Shown piece by piece: positions 47,677 to 53,853 of a stretch of DNA of 53,853 bases; the stretch's first letter is position 1; every line of letters begins with the position of its first letter. The notes beneath the pieces were generated by a model. The model was not told where the DNA came from. It did no database searches and saw only the letters and a program-made list of their open reading frames with translations. Both the position numbers and the translations under genes were made by a program. The stretch is from a virus (lineage: Duplodnaviria > Caudoviricetes): IMG/VR virus record IMGVR_UViG_3300033417_000011, positions 1-53,853 of that record. One strand, written 5' to 3'.

Positions 47677-47703
47677 TTATAACGCAATGATTTTGATTCT
47701 CAT

Positions 47704-47816
47704 AGCCGGGCATGGCGACGCAGCGATTGGCAGGTCCGGTCTCGGCATGGCAAGGTTTCCCGGCGGGGCAGTGCCCGGCCAGGCCGGGCCGGGCATGGCA
47801 AAGCAAGGCAAGACAA
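47704..47816 (+). ncRNA. GGC-NN tracts A3 (47704-47758) and A4 (47762-47816), 11 units each
   Basis: agcCG ggcAT ggcGA cgcAG cgaTT ggcAG gtcCG gtcTC ggcAT ggcAA ggtTT / ggcGG ggcAG tgcCC ggcCA ggcCG ggcCG ggcAT ggcAA agcAA ggcAA gacAA. Confidence 0.75.
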
Positions 47817-47827
47817 GGACTTAACTA

Positions 47828-48355
47828 ATGGAAATTATTAAGCAAGGCGAAAAAGGCGAAAAGCGCCGCACAATTCCGGGACTGGCGCACGATACCAAGC
47901 TCATCATTGAGCGGCTGCGCAAGGTCTCACCGGGCGAGGAAATCCTCTACGCGGAGATCAATACCGTCGTGGGGCGCAACGTCCAGAACGGGGCGCGGGC
48001 CAACCTATCGTCCGCACGCCGCGTTGTCGAGCGCGAGCACCAGATTGTGTTTGGTGTGGTCTTCGGCAAGGGCCTGCGGCGGTTGCTCAACCACGAGATT
48101 CCGTACGTCGCCGACCAAGCCCTGGCTCGTGTCGGGCGGTTGGCGCGGCGCAGCGGACGCACGATTGACGCCGTGGATTTCGAGTCGCTCACCGAGAACG
48201 ATCGCGTGGCACATAACGCCCGCAAGGGCGTACTGGCGGTGCTGGCGCACGGGGCGCGGGCGGCAACCGTGAAGCGCATCGAGGGCGCGGTGGCGAATGC
48301 CAGCGGGAAACTGCTGCCGGAAGTGAAGGTTATCGCGGAGTTTTACAAGTCGTAG
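47828..48355 (+). CDS. Basic hypothetical protein embedded between GGC-NN tracts
   Basis: 175-aa ORF, AAGGA RBS; winged-helix-like N-half. Confidence 0.7.
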   Translation: MEIIKQGEKGEKRRTIPGLAHDTKLIIERLRKVSPGEEILYAEINTVVGRNVQNGARANLSSARRVVEREHQIVFGVVFGKGLRRLLNHEIPYVADQALARVGRLARRSGRTIDAVDFESLTENDRVAHNARKGVLAVLAHGARAATVKRIEGAVANASGKLLPEVKVIAEFYKS

Positions 48356-48408
48356 CGAGCCGTCGCGAGTCGAAGCACGGCTAGGCGTGGCGGAGCGGGG
48401 CAAGGCAA
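48349..48408 (+). ncRNA. GGC-NN tract A5 (12 units)
   Basis: gtcGT agcGA gccGT cgcGA gtcGA agcAC ggcTA ggcGT ggcGG agcGG ggcAA ggcAA. Confidence 0.65.
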
Positions 48409-48416
48409 GGAACTTT

Positions 48417-51314
48417 ATGACCCTAACTACCGAACAGCGCGACACCCTACTTTGGGGTTTGGATATCGAGAAGGCCACTCTGCGGCACACCCCGCCCCAC
48501 CAGTGGAGCGCCTGCCAGCGCCAGCGGCGCGTGGTCGCGTTCCTGCGCGGGCTGCTGTGGGCCGACGCGGGGGAGCGGCTGCGGGGGTTGGCGAAGGGAG
48601 CGGCGGCATGAACAAACGAGTGAAACGGAAATGGCTGAAGGCTCTACGGAGCGGCGAGTATGCGCAGGCGAAGGGGGCTCTTTGTGAACCCGACAAGGGA
48701 TTTGATCGCTTCTGCTGCCTCGGGGTGCTCTGCGACCTGTATGCCTACGAGAAGGATGTCGAGTGGGAGCAAGAGCCCGGCTGCGTCACGCTAAGCCTCA
48801 ATGGCAATCGCCAGTTCCTTCCTCGTGAGGTTTTCGAATGGGCTGGGCTCCTGGGCGGAGATCCGTCCGTGAAGCGTGGCAATGGGCGATTCACGCTCTC
48901 GGTGCTTAACGACTCCAAGCGCAACAATCTCCGGCGCGTCGCCGACATCATCGAGGCGCAGCTATGACCCGTACCCCCGTCATCACCGAGGCTTGGCTGG
49001 AGTGGGCGCGGCAGCGCGGCGCCTGCCCGGAGCGCATGGAAGAACTCAAGCCGGGCATGCCGATCACGGCGCTGGCTTATGGCGACCTGCGCTGGGTTGT
49101 ATTGCTCCTGCGGCGCGATGGGATTGAGTACGCCGTCCCGACCGGCTGCGGCGGCCGGTGCTGCCGGGGGCTGCCTAGCGTCAGGCAGACGGCCCGCCGT
49201 ATCGCCCGCGAGGTCAAGATCGTTGACGTGGAGGCCGCATGATCGAACTCGTTATGGTCGCCATCATCCTGGGCCTGATGCGGGCCTCCTACTGCTGGGG
49301 CCGCAACGATGCGTTGCGGGGGAACCGGCGCACGCAGTATTGGCAGGGCGCGGTACAGCGGAGGCGGGCATGAAGTTCCGCCGCGCCCCCGCCCTGGCCT
49401 TGCTGCCGTTTGCCCTGGGCTGTTTCTGTTTGTTGCTGGAGGTTATGCGATGACGTTCAAGGAAGCGAAATCCGTGATTCGAGCCGCACTGGCCAACGCT
49501 AGCGACGCCAAGCTGATTGAAGTGCTTGAGGCGGCGCGGGCGGGTGAGATGCCCTACTGCTCCGGTTACTGCTTTGCGGCCCGCGTGATTGGCTGGGGCG
49601 TCGGCGAAGCAGCCACCGCCAGCGTTGCGTATCGGTTGCTAGTAAAGGGGGTGTACCCGCCTTCTGTCTTGGAGTACGACGAAATCCGCCAGCGCATCGT
49701 GGTCGCCATGGTTCTCGCGGAGATGCGTCGCCGTGCCCAGCACACCCTGGATGAGGCCGAGACGGTCAGCGTGGCGGCGCTGTTTGCGGGGGTGCGATGA
49801 GCCTACTCCTCTACGGTCCTCCCAACCTCGACGAGGGCCACTGGATTGTGGCCTGTCAGCACCCCGGGTGCTCGGCGGAGCGCGAGGCGGCGGCGATGGT
49901 GCAGTGCCAAGGCGGTTGCGATCTCTGCTGGTGTCCTGAACATTTCTGGTGTGGGATTTTCACCACCGGGGGTGCAGGCTTAGCGCCATGTTCCCGGAAG
50001 CACGCACTGATTTGGGCGATGGCTTGTTGAGTTTTGATATGGGGAAAATCCGCGAAAAATTAGAGGGCGACAAGAAAACGCCAGAGGGTGAAAAATGAAC
50101 GCCTTACTTCTCCCCCTGGCCTCCGAGCCCGACCTGTCCGTAACGGTCTACTGCGAAGGCTGCGCCGATCCGGTGGAGCGCCGCGACACGATTCAGTGCC
50201 GCTGTGGCATGGAATACCACCAACGCTGCTGGTGGGATTTGGACGCTGAGATGTGCAAGCGCTGCACGCTGCTGCGCCTCGACCGCTTGGAGCGCGTCAT
50301 GGTGGCGCTGTTGCGGGGCGATGAGGTTGAGGCCGTGCGGGAAGAGTTACTGAAAGCGAGGGCGGCATGACGACATGGAGCGTTGGCAGGCGGCGGCTTT
50401 TGAAGCTGGCCGCGCACCTGGAGAAGGGCAATCTGGGGCACAAGAAGTTCGACTTCTCGGTTATCAATACGAACTGCTACGAAGACGGCCTCTACGACAG
50501 CCCGGGGCCGTCAAAATGTGGCACGCATGGCTGCGGCTTAGGGGAATGCCCGGTCGTGTTTCCGCGTCAATGGCGGTTCCTTGGAACGGAAGCCGTGCTA
50601 CGAAACGAGCCGCTGGTGGGGGCGAGCAATAGAACGTTTTGTTCGGCGCAGATTTTCTTTGCGGTGAACGCTGGCGAATCCCTTGCCCTGTTTTCCCCCG
50701 AATCCTTTCGCCCATGGGCTCCCAATGTCTACCTGGGCGACTCCACCACACGCAAGCAGGAAGCCCGCAATATTCGCCAGTTCGTCAAGTGGAAGGACAA
50801 GGAGCTGTCGGCATGAGCGACGACACACCCGTAACCGAAGAGCAGTACCGCCTAAAGGCCGACCAGTACGAGCGGCTGCTCAGGCAGTACCTGCGCGCGA
50901 GGGCGTGCCCGCTGCTGATCGAGGCGCTGCTGGAGATTTACATCGAGCACGCCGCGCAGGTCCGCGAGTACGTCGATGCCGAGCTGATCTGCATCGAGCG
51001 CAGCACGGCGATGCTGGATCGTGCGATGCACGAGCGAGGGTTGTCGTGGGACTGACTGCGGCCATCGCCAGTTTCGCAGCCGGGGCGCTGCTGGGCTGGA
51101 TCGGGTGCTCGGCCTGGCGGTGGCATCGGCGGAAGTGCGCGCTGGCGGCAATCCGAACACGGAAAAGATCTGCTGCCGGTGTAAAGCGGTTAAGCCGATT
51201 ACTCAATATGGTCGCGATAAGACTCAGGCGGCTGGGCTTGGCGCGTACTGTTGCGAGTGCAGGATAACAGTTAAGCGGGCGTGGGTCGCTGCTCGAAAGG
51301 CCAAGGAACTATGA
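48417..51314 (+). CDS. Run of small coupled early genes (48417-48611, 48608-48967, 48964-49242, 49450-49800, 49797-50030, 50095-50370, 50367-50816, 50813-51055 and a CxxC ORF ending at 51314)
   Basis: ATGA overlaps; many Cys-rich; 48608 carries the W..ALRSGEY.Q...CCLGVLC phage family motif. Confidence 0.6.
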
Positions 51315-52279
51315 GCGAAGAAAACAACAAAGACCGCGCTGCGCTGTGCGTTAAACTGCACGCCGTCATGAGCCAAGTGGCGTACGTCAAAAAAGACGCC
51401 AAGAATGAATTCCACGGTTACAGGTATGCCTCCGAGGCCGCCATTAAGGCTGCTATCCACGGGGCATTTGTTGAGCACCGCATTTTGTTCATGGTTGCTA
51501 TCGTTGACGTTCAAGACCGCGAAGGTCCGCCAACCGGCAAAGGCAAGCCGCAGTGGATCACGCAAGTAGGCATGGAGTTTGAGTTTGTTGATGTTGATAC
51601 GGGCTACTCCATGGTAAAGCGCTTCACCGGGCAAGGAATTGATGGCGAAGCGAAGGGCATTTGGAAGGCTATAACTGGAGCAGTAAAGTACATACTCTGC
51701 AATACCCTACTCATCGAAACCGGTGATGACCCCGAGGCCGAGACCGATCAGGGCCAGCGCGTCAACGCGGCCCGGCTGCGCTCGATCGAGCGCGTGGCCG
51801 CGAAGGTCGGCGAGGGCTCGAAGGGCTACGACAAGAAGAAGGCGGCGGAGGCGATCAATCGAGAGGTAGCTCGGCTAGAGGGGTTGGTCGGCCAAGGGGA
51901 AGCTGGCCGCAGGCTTTCGGATATCCATGAAGCCCTCAAGTGGGACCCGGTGATGCTTGACGACCAGCAAGCGGCCCGCGATCTATTCAAGGCCATCGCC
52001 GCCGCCGTGGTCGCAGCGGGCGATGAGCAGTCCGACGCGAACCCCGACCCCGCTAAGCGCAAGTCGGAGCCCAAGCCCCGGCAGCAAACCGGCAAGTACG
52101 CCTACCTCGACAAGTTTCAGGAACTCAAAGAGCAGCACGGCGAGGCGGAATACTACCGCGTGCTGGGCGGCCTGAGCTACGAGAAGTCCAACCAGATCCC
52201 GGTGCACAAGCGCGCCGCCGTGCTCGCCAGGATGCGCCAGGAATTGCAGCCGGTTGAAGGGAGCGTGCCTATGGAGTAA
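51311..52279 (+). CDS. erf: ERF-family single-strand annealing protein
   Basis: V.KDAKN.FHGYRYAS, G.G.D...KGI.KAITGA.KY.L...L.I.TGDDPE. Confidence 0.85.
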   Translation: MSEENNKDRAALCVKLHAVMSQVAYVKKDAKNEFHGYRYASEAAIKAAIHGAFVEHRILFMVAIVDVQDREGPPTGKGKPQWITQVGMEFEFVDVDTGYSMVKRFTGQGIDGEAKGIWKAITGAVKYILCNTLLIETGDDPEAETDQGQRVNAARLRSIERVAAKVGEGSKGYDKKKAAEAINREVARLEGLVGQGEAGRRLSDIHEALKWDPVMLDDQQAARDLFKAIAAAVVAAGDEQSDANPDPAKRKSEPKPRQQTGKYAYLDKFQELKEQHGEAEYYRVLGGLSYEKSNQIPVHKRAAVLARMRQELQPVEGSVPME

Positions 52280-52364
52280 CCGCTTATCCAGTAGAGCCTG
52301 AGTCAACAGCCCGCCCCGTGACGAGGTAACCCAGCGGGGCGGGCACCACTAAAGCGAGGGAACC

Positions 52365-52577
52365 ATGGACAGAATCCAAACACTAGCTCAAGTCCGCGAC
52401 GAGATTACGCGGCTCCAGGCCGTCGAGACGGCGCTGTTGAACCTGCTCGGGCCCCGGCGCGGCAGGCCGCCCAAGGCGAAGCCTACGATTGGCGAATACT
52501 TGATGAAGAAAGCGGCGCCCAACGGCAAGCGCGGGCGCGGCAGGCCGGGGAAGGTGGTCAGCGGTGGACAAAAATAA
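52365..52577 (+). CDS. Small protein with AT-hook-like motifs
   Basis: N-terminal coiled coil; RRGRPPK and RGRGRP. Confidence 0.6.
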   Translation: MDRIQTLAQVRDEITRLQAVETALLNLLGPRRGRPPKAKPTIGEYLMKKAAPNGKRGRGRPGKVVSGGQK

Positions 52578-53202
52578 GGACTCCAAGCCCGTCTCGCGCC
52601 ACCCGCTGGCGATTGCTATTGACAAATGGCTGGACTCTGGCGAGGGGCGCTCCTGTTGTCACGGCACAGCCCGGGGGATCTACCTCGAAAACCGGCTGCG
52701 AAGGGCTTTCTCTGCTGGTGCAAAAGCGCAAGAGGAAATCGGGCCGGGGCGGCCGAAGGGCAGCCCGCAACAAGCCGAAGGGAGTCCAGGCATGACAAAG
52801 ACGCGCTACGAAGTCATAGAGCTACAGGCGGGCCAGCCCCGCGCCTACGCGGACACTGAGTACGAATATCTCATCAAGATTGTGCGAACTGGCTGGGGTA
52901 CAAACGCTGGGATCTTCGAGCCGTGGACGTTGTTCGGTGGCGTTGAGGCGCGAGTCAAGCAGGATGACGCGATGCGTCTAGCTGGGACGGGCGGCCGGAT
53001 GTCGGTAGACGAGATGAATGAAGGCCAGCGCGACTGGGCCAAGAAGATCGTCCGGGCGCTGTGCCGGAACTTTCGAGAGCACGGCGACGATGACGGCATG
53101 ACCGGGATGGACGCGCACTTTTACCCGACCCTGAAGCGGCTTGATATCGACGCCGCGAAGGGGGAGATTCGCGCTCTGATCGTGGAGGCGTACAACGACT
53201 AA
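52564..53202 (+). CDS. Hypothetical protein (alternative start at 52792)
   Basis: Open frame with an internal RBS and ATG. Confidence 0.5.
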   Translation: MDKNKDSKPVSRHPLAIAIDKWLDSGEGRSCCHGTARGIYLENRLRRAFSAGAKAQEEIGPGRPKGSPQQAEGSPGMTKTRYEVIELQAGQPRAYADTEYEYLIKIVRTGWGTNAGIFEPWTLFGGVEARVKQDDAMRLAGTGGRMSVDEMNEGQRDWAKKIVRALCRNFREHGDDDGMTGMDAHFYPTLKRLDIDAAKGEIRALIVEAYND

Positions 53203-53262
53203 TGATGCGCTGGCGGAGGTTTTGCAGCAGTTGATTGACTGGCCGGAGGATGACCCGACGCG

Positions 53263-53559
53263 ATGACGAGAGAACAACAGATCGCCGAACAGATGCGCGA
53301 GCTTCAAGCCGAGAAGCGGCGCATCGAAGACGAAACCTTTCAGGCTGAAGTCTTACCCAAACTCAAGGCGGCTATCGGTAAGACGTACGCCTATCGCAAC
53401 ACCAGCTATGGCTGCCCCAATGACGGCGAGTACTGGGATGTGTTTCGCAAGCTCGTGGCGGTGGAAGAAAGCGAAGGCGGAGCGTCGCTGCTTTTCCAGC
53501 AAGTCATTGAGGTAATGGCGACACTCGCCGGCAAAGCGATAGCAAGGGAGAACGTATAA
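53263..53559 (+). CDS. Hypothetical protein
   Basis: Stop overlaps the pentapeptide gene ATG. Confidence 0.5.
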   Translation: MTREQQIAEQMRELQAEKRRIEDETFQAEVLPKLKAAIGKTYAYRNTSYGCPNDGEYWDVFRKLVAVEESEGGASLLFQQVIEVMATLAGKAIARENV

Positions 53560-53853
53560 TGCAGATCAAAAACAAATCAGGAATTGTCATTCTGGATAAT
53601 CCGGCATTAGCCGACCTTCGCGGGGCCAACCTTCGCGTGGCCGACCTTAGCGGGGCCGACCTTAGCGAGGCCGACCTTAGCGAGGCCGACCTTTACCGGG
53701 CCAACCTTCGCGGGGCCAACCTTCGCGGGGCCAACCTTAGCGAGGCCGACCTTAGCGTGGCCGACCTTAGCGGGGCCGACCTTAGCGAGGCCAACCTTAG
53801 TGTGGCCAACCTTAGCGTGGCCGACCTTAGCGGGGCCAACCTTCGCGGGGCCG
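53559..53853 (+). CDS. Pentapeptide-repeat protein, N-terminal part (continues across the window junction into 1..494)
   Basis: ATG at 53559 overlaps the stop of the upstream [20 protein letters not shown] is followed by A(D/N)L(S/R)(G/E/V) repeats. The 295 nt to the window end keep frame with the ORF at 15..494. Confidence 0.85.
   Translation, partial: MQIKNKSGIVILDNPALADLRGANLRVADLSGADLSEADLSEADLYRANLRGANLRGANLSEADLSVADLSGADLSEANLSVANLSVADLSGANLRGA

Noticed and set aside
46687-47824. Long ORFs crossing the GGC-NN tracts (46687..47661 minus, 47441..47824 plus, 47597..47806 minus)
   Set aside because: Their Arg/Gly/Ala/Pro/Cys-rich translations are what a stop-poor 5-nt GC repeat produces, and they overlap the better-supported RAMP gene
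46891-48416. Canonical CRISPR array or cas operon
   Set aside because: There are no 25-40 nt identical repeats with spacers, and I recognise no cas1, cas2 or nuclease

Overview
The window looks like the complete, circularly permuted ~53.9 kb genome of a temperate tailed phage, probably podovirus-like. The two ends join in frame inside a pentapeptide-repeat gene, and an intact attP (tRNA-Ser-like 3' end) lies downstream of a tyrosine integrase. The layout is: (i) a + strand early/replication arm from ~46.1 kb through the junction to ~10 kb (Cro/CII-like regulators, ERF annealase, HNH nucleases, two DNA methyltransferases, DUF1376 initiator, Lar, Xis, Int, Gp37/Gp68, GroES); (ii) a - strand head/tail module from 30.1 down to 10.2 kb (TerS, portal, scaffold, major capsid, adaptor, nozzle, internal virion proteins); (iii) a + strand block at 31.8-43.9 kb (TerL, many signal-peptide-bearing fibre-like proteins, SleB-like hydrolase, holin). 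The standout feature is at 46.9-48.4 kb: a stand-alone Cas7/RAMP-like gene and a partner ORF interleaved with five non-coding tracts of strict 5-nt period (GGC-like triplet plus variable dinucleotide), a candidate RNA-guided system with no CRISPR array or other cas genes. Other oddities are a host-type parS palindrome before the portal gene, two ~75 bp internal duplications, a homing endonuclease flanked by a recoded duplicate of the methylase 5' end, and an 8-bp periodic operator array. All protein calls come from motif recognition by eye; no database searches were run.
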